From a virus (lineage: Duplodnaviria > Caudoviricetes), in the IMG/VR virus record IMGVR_UViG_2534681837_000002, positions 1 to 64,000 of that record: a DNA stretch of 64,000 nucleotides, one strand, 5' to 3'. Numbering within the stretch: position 1 is the stretch's first letter; every line of letters begins with the position of its first letter. The notes beneath the pieces were generated by a model. That model was not told where the DNA came from. It ran no database searches and saw only the letters and a list, made by a program, of their open reading frames with translations. Shown here one piece after another: positions 37,595 through 48,172 of the stretch. Made by a program: the position numbers and the translations under genes.

Positions 37595-38056
37595 TTATTG
37601 ATTGGTTTCCGGTTCTTGAGAAAAATCATCATATAGCATATTGAGCAGTCCATACAAAATATCTGGCAATAACTTGTCAATATGAGTTTTTTCTCCACCT
37701 TCTATGGTGATAACTCCGCAGCTTACGATACACTCCATCAATGCTTCACAAATCTCTCCTTTGCTGTCACGATAGTATATAGATCTGTCCACATCATTGA
37801 TATCTCCTCCTTGTTTATCCACGAGGGAGAGTAAAAGCCTTTTGGCATTTTTCTGCATACTTTCCAGAAGTGATGCCAATTCTCCAGTCTCGGAGTGCTT
37901 GTCGAATTTTCCGGATTGGAGGATATACTGAGTTTGAAGCTCATCCGCAGTCGTTTTCAAGGATGTAATCTGCTGTTAATATTCCTTGCATACCTTATCA
38001 TGCTCATTTCGAGGCATTGTCTGACGAAGTTCTTCGTCTGATAGTACATAGTCCAT
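37595..38056 (-). pseudogene. gene interrupted by in-frame TAA at 37976-37978
   Basis: MDYVLSDEELRQTMPRNEHDKVCKEY*QQITSL aligns with neighbour MKYLLTEEEYKARIQINLHRKICHGYQKKIDAL. Confidence 0.7.
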
Positions 38057-38080
38057 GTTTTTGTTTTTTATCAATTATAC

Positions 38081-38395
38081 CTATTCAGTTCGATATTGGT
38101 AACATCTGATGTTACTCTCTGAGCATAATGCAAAATTGCCTTTTATCGTAGGAACACGGCAAAGCATATTTTTCTTATCCAGGAACCTACAACCTTTACA
38201 TGTCCCCATGACACGCTTCTTTATATCTATGGCTGATATGGAACCCACGGGAACGGGAGCTTTCAGGGAAGAAAGCATAGTAGCTATGACAGTTACCTGG
38301 TTCACATCCTCTATACTTGTCATATAGGTTTCGCCATTTCCATCTTCGACGAAAACCGTGAGTGACTGCATCTTGTTTTTTATTGTCTGATTCAT
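38081..38395 (-). CDS. hypothetical protein, Cys-rich C-terminus
   Basis: CKGCRF...LC...LC...C. Confidence 0.65.
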   Translation of the reverse strand: MNQTIKNKMQSLTVFVEDGNGETYMTSIEDVNQVTVIATMLSSLKAPVPVGSISAIDIKKRVMGTCKGCRFLDKKNMLCRVPTIKGNFALCSESNIRCYQYRTE

Positions 38396-38528
38396 ACGTT
38401 CCTAACTTTTCCTTGATTTTTAATTCTCTTTAAATTCTGACTATCGGGGAAGATTCCGTAACTCCCAATTACCATTTCTCTTATTGATTAGGGACCAATC
38501 GATTGGCAACTGAAAGCTAAGCTCCTTA

Positions 38529-38855
38529 TTAATCCTCACTTTCTTCTTCAGAATCATCAGTAATTTGCTTAATACGCTCATTTGCATATATTTCAACTGC
38601 TCCCCAAAGTTCATCTTCATTTATGACGATTTTGTCTGCAATGCGTTCAATCTCACCGGAATCTTCTTCAGTGACATCGTAACCATGCTCACGCATCGAC
38701 TTTACAGTCAGGGCGTCAACAGGAAAGTATTTTCCCTGTTCTGTAATGCCCTGTTTCATCTCCTCTATAATATGTCGCTGCTCAGGCGAAATATCTTTTA
38801 TTGTTTTTTCCAGTTGCTCAATTTGAGTGAGTAACATGGCTGATGCAAAATTCAT
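38529..38855 (-). CDS. hypothetical acidic protein
   Basis: 108 aa ORF. Confidence 0.65.
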   Translation of the reverse strand: MNFASAMLLTQIEQLEKTIKDISPEQRHIIEEMKQGITEQGKYFPVDALTVKSMREHGYDVTEEDSGEIERIADKIVINEDELWGAVEIYANERIKQITDDSEEESED

Positions 38856-38870
38856 AGGCTATTTTTGTTG

Positions 38871-39254
38871 TTATTTGTCTAAATCTAATACTTTTCCAAT
38901 AAAGGACACTACATTAGCATAATCGACAGGACATACACTAAAGTTTTCTTGTTTTTCACAAGTATCCTGATTAATCCCATCCACATAAATATCAACATCT
39001 TCTATTTCTGGACGGTCCAATATGTGAATGGCTGTAATACTTACATTAGGGTAACTTTCGTGCCCATCGTAGAAGATTGCAGTTATCGGATATAAATCTT
39101 GGTCTGTATCGTTATCCTCGCCATCCTCCAGTTTTGGTTTGAAGGTGATAATTCCGCCGTGACTTCTCACGGTTTCAATGATGAAATTCTTTTGCTTTAT
39201 CTCCAGTTCCTCTGTTAAAGATAATAGCTTTTTATAAGATTGTTCTTGTGGCAT
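38871..39254 (-). CDS. hypothetical protein (HGG module)
   Basis: NFIIETVRSHGG...YPITAIFYDG. Confidence 0.7.
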   Translation of the reverse strand: MPQEQSYKKLLSLTEELEIKQKNFIIETVRSHGGIITFKPKLEDGEDNDTDQDLYPITAIFYDGHESYPNVSITAIHILDRPEIEDVDIYVDGINQDTCEKQENFSVCPVDYANVVSFIGKVLDLDK

Positions 39255-39257
39255 AAT

Positions 39258-39590
39258 TTACAATATTGGAATAATAGTATCTTGAAAAGAGAATACATTC
39301 GACTTGAAAGTATTGTCACCGTTTTTTAGCATAGATAGCTCCTCACATTTAGGTTCGGATGTAAAAGTTAGATAGCAATCCTGCCTTTCATCGCTTACTT
39401 GCAGGTCGATGATAGTGAAATGATAGATGTTTCCTGTAACGCTGCTCTTGCAATCATAGGTCTTCCCTTGTTCTACGAAAATAGTTTTGGGATCAACAAC
39501 TTCTTTCCAAGATCCTCCATCATTAGATACCATAATTTCACGTCCAAAATGAAGGTCTGAGATAAGTCCTACCTGCTCATCCTTTCTCAA
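39258..39590 (-). CDS. hypothetical protein
   Basis: 110 aa ORF. Confidence 0.6.
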   Translation of the reverse strand: MRKDEQVGLISDLHFGREIMVSNDGGSWKEVVDPKTIFVEQGKTYDCKSSVTGNIYHFTIIDLQVSDERQDCYLTFTSEPKCEELSMLKNGDNTFKSNVFSFQDTIIPIL

Positions 39591-39783
39591 CTTGTTCTGT
39601 AACTTCCGGATTTTTTTGTGGAGTTGAACTGCCTTGAAGTGCAGAATTGTTGTTGTATATAACGTAAATACCAGTCATGTAGAGTTGAGATGCCATGGAA
39701 CATTCATTCCCATCTTTACCCTTAAATGAATGATAGGTGTGATAAGATACTTTCATAATGTTATCAGTTTGCTGTGAGTGCAT
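39577..39783 (-). CDS. hypothetical protein
   Basis: Short ORF in operon. Confidence 0.5.
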   Translation of the reverse strand: MHSQQTDNIMKVSYHTYHSFKGKDGNECSMASQLYMTGIYVIYNNNSALQGSSTPQKNPEVTEQVEKG

Positions 39784-40330
39784 ATTTGTTTAGTGAAAAC
39801 AGAATGTCTTTTATTGGAAGCGCAATAGCAGTACATTTTTCTTCACTATATTCTTCCATATGCTTGTATGCTTCAGGGAAGCCTTCTTTCACCCTCTTTA
39901 TTGTTCTTAAAGACATGAGAGTTGCAACAATTGATTGAATTGTCTTCTCTTTCTCTTCTTTAATTTCTTTTATCTCAGTTTCTAGTTTTCTAAGGCGTTC
40001 CATATCCTCAATGCCAATTTGAATATCGGGATACAGTGATTTAGTCCCCGGAAAAAGTGGCAAGCCTTGCACCAGCATTTTCCAGTTTCCATGACATACA
40101 TAAACATAGTAAGGGGCCATAAAATAGCTTTGACACTTTTTGAAGCAATCGAGTACATCCTGAGGAATAGTGGGTATGATTGCTTCGTACGCAATCTGGT
40201 TCAATTGGCCTCTTAGTTCTTCTATCTTTTTAGTGATTGGTTCTACCATCTTGATGGCAGCCTGTTCGGCCATTGTTTTTGTTATATTCATAATGTTTCT
40301 AATTAGTTTTTTATTGGTTATTTTAGTCAT
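39764..40330 (-). CDS. Nmad5-like (nucleotide modification associated domain 5) protein
   Basis: MNITKTMAEQAA... and IVATLMSLRTIKRVKEGFPEAYK...ALP pattern. Confidence 0.5.
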   Translation of the reverse strand: MTKITNKKLIRNIMNITKTMAEQAAIKMVEPITKKIEELRGQLNQIAYEAIIPTIPQDVLDCFKKCQSYFMAPYYVYVCHGNWKMLVQGLPLFPGTKSLYPDIQIGIEDMERLRKLETEIKEIKEEKEKTIQSIVATLMSLRTIKRVKEGFPEAYKHMEEYSEEKCTAIALPIKDILFSLNKYALTAN

Positions 40331-40362
40331 CGTATCCCCAATGGTTAGGAATCAGGGCAAAA

Positions 40363-41127
40363 TCAGAGAGCCATGCATAGATTTGTCAAACCGTGATTCA
40401 GGAGGTTATCAGTAGACAAGCCAGCCAGCAACTTGTCATAAGAAAGAATCATTCTATCAGAACAAACATAAACAGGCGCAGTAACGTCAAACTCTTTATT
40501 ATCCCCGCCCAAAGCTTTGAAATCTACTTTGGTGACTTTACACCCTATGGTCTTGAATAGTTCGTTGTAACACAAATTAAAGTAGAACTCATCGTCTTTA
40601 TCGTCGTTGTATTCATCTGAAACTTCATCCGGAGAACTAAAAGTAAAGAATCTCAGAAAAGTTAGCTCGATGGGCTTGCCGTTAGAGTTTATCTAAATTG
40701 TTGTCCAGCGGACGCATATGCTCAGAAAACAGTCTGTAATACAATGGAACACACACCACATTTCTATTTCTTTCAAGAAGTGATCTTCATCATCATTTAT
40801 CAGATGTTTTGTATCATCTCTCTTGTAGAAAATGTTTCCGTTTTTCCATTCCAGCCTGTCAAATGCTACAAACGGTTCGATGCAATGCCGAAAGGTTTCA
40901 TACATGTATTGAGTCAAAACATCAATATTTATAATATTTTGAATGAGAGGATTTTTTATGTTCCAATGCGTGCTGCCGCAAAAGAGACAGGGTTCTCCAG
41001 CTTCCTTCTTAGGAACATAGCGCCTGCAACCGGTGCAGAAAAAACTGTCATTGGTTCCTTCCCATATCCGTGCTTCTTTGAGTATATTCCTGTAGTTCTC
41101 ATGCGAGTATATTTCTTTGTTTCTCAT
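40363..41127 (-). pseudogene. gene interrupted by in-frame TAG at 40693-40695
   Basis: ORF 40693-41127 continues in frame (WTTI*INSNGKPIELTF...) for 39 stop-free codons into ORF 40363-40575. Confidence 0.6.
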
Positions 41128-41157
41128 TACTTTTCTCCTTTCAATTCGGTTTTTATG

Positions 41158-41379
41158 CTAAAACACGGATGTGTCGGCAGGACATATTTCCGCATCGGTA
41201 TCGATAAGTTTATGTGCATATCTGTCCGATGGGTATTTTTTCTCTACCTTGAAAGTAGCTGCAATGTAATTGGTCGATTCCACTGTCAGCGGTTTGCATT
41301 TCTCTGTCAAGCTCTTAACTGTTACTCCATTTTCAGTCACTAACTTGTACTTGAAAATATCAAATGTGTAATTTGCCAT
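41158..41379 (-). CDS. hypothetical protein
   Basis: 73 aa ORF. Confidence 0.6.
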   Translation of the reverse strand: MANYTFDIFKYKLVTENGVTVKSLTEKCKPLTVESTNYIAATFKVEKKYPSDRYAHKLIDTDAEICPADTSVF

Positions 41380-41387
41380 AATCGTTT

Positions 41388-42011
41388 TTAGCTTAAATCC
41401 TTTAATAGAGCTTCCTTTATGCCAAGAGACAAATCATCAATATTAATCATCGATTGCATCTCTTCGCTTTGAGTTCCGAGAAATTCTGCGAAAGCAAGAC
41501 ATTGTGCCTCTATACGTTGTATAATGACCTTTAGTTCGTCTTCATTCTTCGTTTCCTGATAGGCTTGCCGAAGGTCTGCGACAGGTTCGTCAAAATCGTT
41601 GAAATAAAAGTTTGCCTTTTGCATCTCGGAGAGCAATTCGATCTGTTCGTTATTGGGCAGCATATAATAAATTTCTGGTTTAAGATAGAGAGCGACCATA
41701 TTGATAAGACAATCGGCAACGGTTGCAAAGCAATCGTTCTCATCGGAGTTCTGTAGGGTGGTTCCTTCTCCGATGTAGGTCCATTCTTCCGCGAAAGAGG
41801 ACGAACCTGTTTTGCGGACAGATACTTCGATGGTATATTTCCTGTGACAAAATTTGTTTTCTGATTCGGTCTCACCGTCTATCCATGCAAGCATAAGCGA
41901 TACTCCACCCTTAATATCATAAAAATATACTGCACCATCCTCTTCTGCCAACATGGATTTTACACTACTTTTTATCCATCCCTGAACTTTCTCTTTTGTT
42001 GTTTTTCCCAT
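41388..42011 (-). CDS. hypothetical protein
   Basis: Start moved to MGKTTK at 42011. Confidence 0.7.
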   Translation of the reverse strand: MGKTTKEKVQGWIKSSVKSMLAEEDGAVYFYDIKGGVSLMLAWIDGETESENKFCHRKYTIEVSVRKTGSSSFAEEWTYIGEGTTLQNSDENDCFATVADCLINMVALYLKPEIYYMLPNNEQIELLSEMQKANFYFNDFDEPVADLRQAYQETKNEDELKVIIQRIEAQCLAFAEFLGTQSEEMQSMINIDDLSLGIKEALLKDLS

Positions 42012-42012
42012 A

Positions 42013-42273
42013 TTATTCGTTTCTGTAAAAATTGACATAAGATTTGTCAAGTGTGAATTCGACATACAACGGAGAACCGCAGCCCCAGTATGCCCCTCCG
42101 GAGTCATAGGCTCCATCATAAATAAGAGGAATATGCCGGCGATAAATCTGTTTACCGCATGCATCTTCTTTAGTTCCCACGTTGGGACGTCCCATTGGAG
42201 CACCGCGTCTACAATCGACTTTTCCTATCAGTTCTTTATAAATCTGAGTCGCAGTTGGTTTTCCTGTTCTCAT
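42013..42273 (-). CDS. small conserved phage-type protein
   Basis: GAPMGR...DGAYDSGGAYWG motif. Confidence 0.7.
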   Translation of the reverse strand: MRTGKPTATQIYKELIGKVDCRRGAPMGRPNVGTKEDACGKQIYRRHIPLIYDGAYDSGGAYWGCGSPLYVEFTLDKSYVNFYRNE

Positions 42274-42812
42274 AACGACATTTTAGCTGATAACACCTGG
42301 CATCGCTCCCAAACGGTGACTAACCAGTCGACATTGATGTCGGCAAGTTCTGCCTCTTCTTCCTGTTTCGTTTCAGGATCAAGAAGAATGCAGGTCATAT
42401 TTTGGGGAATGATACTCAATAGCTTGTATTCTTTGTAGAAAAAAGTCCCATTTGTAACATCTGTATCCTCGACATATACACTGTGTGGTAGTAGACCTTC
42501 CGGTATAGTACTAATTGAACAAAGACGTTTAATAGTCGTATCACGTAAGGTTTCAATAACTAAAGGCACTTTTCTTTGATGTCGGGATTGTCTTTTTTGT
42601 ACCATATTCCCCCATATATAAACATCATGGGCAATATCATTGAGAGATCCATTTAATGACTTTGGGAAAAACCTTGTCATTCGGTCCTTTAAAGCACTTT
42701 CTTCCGGATTATTATCATCACAAGCATCCCATGTGGCACACAATTCACCAAACCACACATATAGGTTATTTATACATCTATATACTTTTTCTGAAGTAGA
42801 TTCTTGACTCAT
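42270..42812 (-). CDS. hypothetical protein
   Basis: Start moved to MSQEST at 42812. Confidence 0.6.
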   Translation of the reverse strand: MSQESTSEKVYRCINNLYVWFGELCATWDACDDNNPEESALKDRMTRFFPKSLNGSLNDIAHDVYIWGNMVQKRQSRHQRKVPLVIETLRDTTIKRLCSISTIPEGLLPHSVYVEDTDVTNGTFFYKEYKLLSIIPQNMTCILLDPETKQEEEAELADINVDWLVTVWERCQVLSAKMSL

Positions 42813-43237
42813 TTTTTTATTATTTATTGTACAACTACGGGGTAGGACTCTCACAATAACTATATGTTTCCCTAAGCGAACCAACCTAGCCATATACATA
42901 CTGATTGTATTCAGAGGAAATCTTTGGAAGTGGCTACATCAACCTCTTTTGTATTACGATTCGTAATTTATTCATTTGTTCGATTTTTCATTACACTTTT
43001 CATTAATCAAATGACAATATTTCATGTTTAGATATTTGTTTCCTTCATCCATAATGCTACCAACAGCGACAAATATATCTGTTTCATGACCCAAGGCGTC
43101 ATACTCTTGGAGAGTGTACTCTTTTACACATATATACTTATTCATGGTTCATTCTGTTTAATATCACCGGTATAACTCGAACTTACACAATGTTTTGTAT
43201 TCTTATTCCCGAAGTTTTCCATTACTTTAAAAGTGAT

Positions 43238-43651
43238 TTATGCACACTCCAATAATTGCTCAGAAGTTATTTTTAATGTTTTACATATTGAATCAAATGA
43301 TTCACCACCTGAGTAATCAAGTCCAAAAATGTCTGTACTTCCAAAATAATCAATCACATCACTCAGGCGTTGAGCGAACGAACGCTCCAACCATTCTCCC
43401 CAACTTACTCCCAAATAATAACAAAAGGCATAGAGTTTCTTTTGCGCCCACCCAGAGATAAACATTTCTTTCAAATCATTTTCATTCATCCAGCCATAAG
43501 AAAATCTATCTAGTTCGCATTCATTGCGGTAAATACATTGCCAACTTCTTTTCTTGGAAACATAGCGAACTACCAACCCCTTTTCAATAAGACTGGTAGC
43601 AAGATTTATATCTACCCCATGCCATGTCAATTGTCTTGAACTTTTTACCAT
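43238..43651 (-). CDS. hypothetical protein
   Basis: 137 aa ORF. Confidence 0.7.
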   Translation of the reverse strand: MVKSSRQLTWHGVDINLATSLIEKGLVVRYVSKKRSWQCIYRNECELDRFSYGWMNENDLKEMFISGWAQKKLYAFCYYLGVSWGEWLERSFAQRLSDVIDYFGSTDIFGLDYSGGESFDSICKTLKITSEQLLECA

Positions 43652-43678
43652 TATTATATTTTGATATTATTTTTCATT

Positions 43679-44140
43679 TTACCTATGGAAAATCTCATCA
43701 CTAAAAGCCAGTAATATCCCGGTTGGCAAATTGTCGAAGCATTCAAACTGATTAATGACTATCTGTTGTGATTGACGAATCGTTTCCAATAACCGTTCTC
43801 TACTTTCATAAAAAACTACTTGTATAGCATACTCATTCCAAGTAACACTACACAAAAATCTTTCACAAACGAACTCTGCAGCAAAAGGGCCTCCGATATT
43901 AAGTTGGATAAAGGGAGCACCATTAAAAAAGCGGATAAAGTCTCCATATTCAGCCAGACCATAATAGGTATGAACTAAGTTACCCGATGGAGTCATGTCA
44001 AACATCCGATTGCATCCCAGTTTGCCAAAAACGAATTGGTCAAACTCTGCTTTTTTCACTCTGTCTTTTACGGCAGTTACTCGTTTAGCTGTTGCTAATT
44101 CATTCATATGCTTCTTTTTTAAGTATGATTTGTTTTCCAC
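43679..44140 (-). CDS. hypothetical protein
   Basis: 153 aa ORF. Confidence 0.6.
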   Translation of the reverse strand: MENKSYLKKKHMNELATAKRVTAVKDRVKKAEFDQFVFGKLGCNRMFDMTPSGNLVHTYYGLAEYGDFIRFFNGAPFIQLNIGGPFAAEFVCERFLCSVTWNEYAIQVVFYESRERLLETIRQSQQIVINQFECFDNLPTGILLAFSDEIFHR

Positions 44141-44276
44141 GAGTAGTTTATATTGATTTGTTTCCGGTGTAGAACATCTACCCTTTTACAGTTCATTAAC
44201 TTTCACGGTTTTACTATAGCTTGATGAATAATGAAGGGGCAGTGAACCCCTCCATTTTGTTGACTTGCTGATAAAA

Positions 44277-45209
44277 TTACTCTGGAAGGGCAATAATACC
44301 GTCCTGCAGTACACCGTTTTCTTTACCACTGGCATAATATTGGAACAGGAAATCTGCGAAAGCAGCGTTCTGGTTGAGGATATTGGGGATTTCTGCTCGA
44401 TTTGGCTTAAGGATTTTCGTAGCTACGTTATACACATCCCATGCTGACAGTTGCCTTTTCTCTACTTGTTTCTTAATCAGGTCTTCTGTAAAGACGGTGA
44501 TCTGCGCCTGGTTCAAAGGGTAACTTTTCACAAGTTTCGACAAACGTTTGTCTTTACTATCGTGAGCAACGCGAAAGGTAGTTAGCAAACCGATGATATT
44601 GAAAATGTCCTGTGCAGACAAGATCGTTTCTTTCAGTCGACTGATACGTTCACGGTCTTCGTTCATTTGAGTGTCAAACTGCTCTAACCATTCATCTACT
44701 TTTCCGAAGAGTTCTTCAGTGCTGACTTTATCTTTGCCAAAATTGCACGCGCTTCGTTGTGCGGAAAGTACACATTGGTTGTGGCAGATTTTTACACACG
44801 GTCCAATGGCTACCTGTATACCGTCTTGGTGGAAGGCGATGGCGAGAGTGGTGGTCAGTTCGTCCGTTGCTCCGTCTTTGAGCTGCACAGTGGTGAATAC
44901 GCGGCGCAGAGCGTGTGCTTCGACAGCTTTTTCGCCGTGGATAGCTTCGTAATGGGGGTTGATGGTGACTCCGGGGAAGTTCTTCTGCTTGTTTTGTGCA
45001 GCGAAGATTTCTTCGATTTCATAGTCCATGTTGTGCTGTTTGCAGATATCCAGTATGCGGTGGATGAGTTGGAAGTGATAGATGCCCTGTATGGGGCGTC
45101 CGGCAGTGTCATTTTCCTGATAAGTACGTTGCAGGGTGTCGAGTGTCATCACTTCTACATTGTTTGTTACGAAATCAAAAGTTTTCGGATTAGTTTCTTG
45201 TACATTCAT
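44277..45209 (-). CDS. DUF932-like protein
   Basis: LAIAFHQDGIQVAIGPCVKICHNQC and SAWDVYNVAT motifs; visibly higher GC. Confidence 0.65.
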   Translation of the reverse strand: MNVQETNPKTFDFVTNNVEVMTLDTLQRTYQENDTAGRPIQGIYHFQLIHRILDICKQHNMDYEIEEIFAAQNKQKNFPGVTINPHYEAIHGEKAVEAHALRRVFTTVQLKDGATDELTTTLAIAFHQDGIQVAIGPCVKICHNQCVLSAQRSACNFGKDKVSTEELFGKVDEWLEQFDTQMNEDRERISRLKETILSAQDIFNIIGLLTTFRVAHDSKDKRLSKLVKSYPLNQAQITVFTEDLIKKQVEKRQLSAWDVYNVATKILKPNRAEIPNILNQNAAFADFLFQYYASGKENGVLQDGIIALPE

Positions 45210-45261
45210 GATTCTAAGTATTACTGGTTGAATAATATGACATTTACATTTTCTCTAAAAT

Positions 45262-45291
45262 AAAAAAGACAGTAGATATGTATCCACTGCC
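45262..45291 (-). terminator. Rho-independent terminator
   Basis: GGCAGTGGA-N-TCTACTGTC-TTTTTT with G-U pairs on minus strand. Confidence 0.7.
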
Positions 45292-45328
45292 CTCAAGTTT
45301 ACGCTTTGATGATTTATTGTGTGATGTT

Positions 45329-46123
45329 TTATGCTGGTACGTTTGCCGTATCAGTTTCTTTGGGTGTTAATAGTTCCTTGGCGAACCGGACGTTGTATCT
45401 CTTCAGGTACGATTGCCAGCAACCATTAGAACTACACCAGCGAAAACCATTGTTGCTCATTTGTTTTCTTAACGCTTTGTCAGGAATCTCAGGAAAGAAG
45501 AGTTGAAGGCGATTTTTGCGGCTGTTCTCAACGAATCTGACTTCCCCTACATAATATTCTTTGTTTTCGGTAGTTTTCATCTTCTTGGCTTGTTCCAGTC
45601 GTTTTTTGGTGTCGCTGATTCGTCTGTTGTTATTGGTTAAAGTACAACTGGCAAATCCGATTCTACCCGTGAATGAAGGAGTCAGGACTTCATTGATTTG
45701 TTTGTCTGAAAATCCCAATTCGGAGAGTTGTTGCCGAATTTGTTCGTTCGACAGTTTTTGGGACTTGACAATCTTATTGGCGGCTTTCATGTTATCCTGA
45801 AGTTTGACCAGTTCGTCCAGTCTCTCCTGCAAACGTTCCACGCAGTCATCATCGCCTAGATAAATGGCATTGTTTTTTTCGGCAGCTTCTGCTTTACCTT
45901 CAAAATATTCAGCCGTATCTGCCAGTTTAACACTCTCATCCATATGACCACTAATCCGTTCACGATAGCGTCTGTCTGCCAAGCCATGAACCGGTTGACC
46001 GGGAGGAATGACTCCCAACATTTTTGAAGCTTGTTGATAGGCAGCACTGGATTTTGCTGTCGCACCTGCGGCAAGAGCTTTGTATCTCTCGACTCTTGCT
46101 TCCTTCTTTTCTTTACTGTTCAT
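45329..46123 (-). CDS. DUF3560 domain protein
   Basis: IPPGQPVHG..DRRYRERI...AEAAEKNNAIYLGDDD..ERL; C-terminal RLQLFFPEIPD..GFRW. Confidence 0.8.
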   Translation of the reverse strand: MNSKEKKEARVERYKALAAGATAKSSAAYQQASKMLGVIPPGQPVHGLADRRYRERISGHMDESVKLADTAEYFEGKAEAAEKNNAIYLGDDDCVERLQERLDELVKLQDNMKAANKIVKSQKLSNEQIRQQLSELGFSDKQINEVLTPSFTGRIGFASCTLTNNNRRISDTKKRLEQAKKMKTTENKEYYVGEVRFVENSRKNRLQLFFPEIPDKALRKQMSNNGFRWCSSNGCWQSYLKRYNVRFAKELLTPKETDTANVPA

Positions 46124-46153
46124 TGTTGATTTGTTTTCTATATTTGTTTATAA

Positions 46154-46831
46154 TTAAGCACTTAATTCCAATGGACCTGTATATACATCGCCATTACTGT
46201 AGTACAATCTGTTTTCATACTGATTATTACGCAATTCTTCTTTAACAGCCTCATCATCATCCGCCCAATATTCGTATTCTTCATGCCAAGACTTAAAGAA
46301 AGAGCGTAAACATTTATCCATCAACTCTGCGTAAGTAGTGCCATCGTTAGGTGAAGCGAGATATTTGAGTAAGGGGTCCAAAAGTAACATATCATAGATA
46401 TGTCCGGTAAAAGGGCACTCTACAGTTTTTTTAATTTTTGAAGACCGTTTATTATATCTGAAGTTTGGATAAACACCTTTCATTTTACTGAAATAACATG
46501 CCGGCTTCTCCAAATGAGGCAAAATATAATTCCTCAGAAAACGTTGAAGCAACTTACCGGATATGGTTGCAAGCTCTATATAACCTCCCTGCCATTCAAA
46601 GGCTTCGAAAGATGTCAGTTTAAAGCTAAAGGAATAACTACAATAATTAACCTCCCAATTACATCTTATGTGGAACAAGCTTTCGAATTCGTTCAACGAG
46701 TTCCTATAGTCTGATGAATACCCGTCCATAACATCTCCCATAACGTTCCAACGTTCATTCTCCACGACTTTTTTGCTTGATTCTTCCGAAAGTTCATCGA
46801 AAGAATACAGGGTAAGATTGATATGCTTCAT
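46154..46831 (-). CDS. conserved phage/ICE hypothetical protein
   Basis: LYSFDELSEESSKKVVE...CPFTG..D..LL...YEYW pattern. Confidence 0.7.
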   Translation of the reverse strand: MKHINLTLYSFDELSEESSKKVVENERWNVMGDVMDGYSSDYRNSLNEFESLFHIRCNWEVNYCSYSFSFKLTSFEAFEWQGGYIELATISGKLLQRFLRNYILPHLEKPACYFSKMKGVYPNFRYNKRSSKIKKTVECPFTGHIYDMLLLDPLLKYLASPNDGTTYAELMDKCLRSFFKSWHEEYEYWADDDEAVKEELRNNQYENRLYYSNGDVYTGPLELSA

Positions 46832-46846
46832 ACTTATTTCTCGTTG

Positions 46847-47404
46847 CTAATGGTTAATGATTGATTTGAATAATTCAATGTTATGTCCCTCCGGCATATC
46901 AGGCATCCAATAAAACTCTACAAAATCGAGAATCTCTTCTAAAGATTCACCGGTCTTGTTCATCAAGATTTTGGTCGCCCTAATTTTCCAACGACAGTAT
47001 TTCATTCTATGAGAAATACCCATATGGATAGCCCTTTCATACTTCTCAATAGTATCACAGATATTGATAAGGTCTTCGTAGTATAGTGCCTCTTCATTTA
47101 AGATACTGCCACTTTCAACCGTATCAACTATAAGCTGATTCTTTTCAAGCCTAATCTTGTTAAGGGCACTACTACTGGCACAGTCATACTTATTGAAAAC
47201 TGCAACATCACAAGGGGAAAAACTATTTTCTTCCAATAATCCTGAAACATCCTCGTCATCCGGATAGAAGCTGGTGGTTTGCTTATACTTAAAACGAAGA
47301 TATTCTTTAATGGCAGTCAACAGTTGCCTCTTCATTTTATTATGCAGAGTCAATGCACTTTTAATCTGGTAGGGCATATCCCTTAATACTCGCTGTATAT
47401 CCAT
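46847..47404 (-). CDS. hypothetical protein
   Basis: 185 aa ORF. Confidence 0.7.
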   Translation of the reverse strand: MDIQRVLRDMPYQIKSALTLHNKMKRQLLTAIKEYLRFKYKQTTSFYPDDEDVSGLLEENSFSPCDVAVFNKYDCASSSALNKIRLEKNQLIVDTVESGSILNEEALYYEDLINICDTIEKYERAIHMGISHRMKYCRWKIRATKILMNKTGESLEEILDFVEFYWMPDMPEGHNIELFKSIINH

Positions 47405-47417
47405 GACAATTCAAGCA

Positions 47418-48140
47418 TTAAATACAAGGTAGTCCTGTTTCATTCAGTGTTTGCACCAATTTCCGGCACATCTCATAAGATGCTTTGTTACGGGGATCGA
47501 CGCCTCTGTCACGTGATGCCATATAAAGCATACTGGCTTTGACGGCGCGGAAATAGTTCTGCTGGAGCGTAGGATGTATCCTGCAAATGGTAGCGGCAAA
47601 CTTATCATACTCAAAGCATGAATTATTGAGGTAGGATTCCAGCATCTTTGCAGCTACTTCTTCCCGGTCTTCATAATCATTTCTCGTCTGGCAAGCATTC
47701 AATAACGACTCAATATTTCCATATAAGTTTTTAACAGCCACGTTTTCGTTAAAGATATTGGCACAGAAGAGTATAGCATCCTCTTGGCTCGTAAAGGCAC
47801 GAGTGTATTCGCTGAGACTATCCATATTAAAGGCATAGACTGAGAAGTAGCCATCAGTGCGAAGCATGAGGGTTACGTACCACATCTTTTTGTAGTCATA
47901 CAATCTGAAAAAGACCGGTTTATCCGTTAACAGTTCGCCGGACATCAACCCTATGTAAAATGCAGGTGTTGCCGTTATCAGGCATTTGTTCATAGTTGCC
48001 TTCCTTTGGGCAATGACCGTTGCTCTCGATATGTTAACATCTTCTATTTCTGAAGGCTGTCCGTACAGACGTTCTATACTGTATCCGCGAACTTCTATTT
48101 CAGTTCCGTCTACTTCTATCTTATAAATTCTATCATTCAT
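47418..48140 (-). CDS. hypothetical protein
   Basis: C-terminal IHPTLQQNYFR...DPRNKASYEMC. Confidence 0.7.
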   Translation of the reverse strand: MNDRIYKIEVDGTEIEVRGYSIERLYGQPSEIEDVNISRATVIAQRKATMNKCLITATPAFYIGLMSGELLTDKPVFFRLYDYKKMWYVTLMLRTDGYFSVYAFNMDSLSEYTRAFTSQEDAILFCANIFNENVAVKNLYGNIESLLNACQTRNDYEDREEVAAKMLESYLNNSCFEYDKFAATICRIHPTLQQNYFRAVKASMLYMASRDRGVDPRNKASYEMCRKLVQTLNETGLPCI

Positions 48141-48172
48141 ACCACTGTTTTTTTTATTGATTATTTTTTTAT

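Noticed and set aside
46154-46831. Antitoxin call
   Set aside because: Family resemblance to proteins often labelled that way, but no toxin partner or diagnostic motif is visible.
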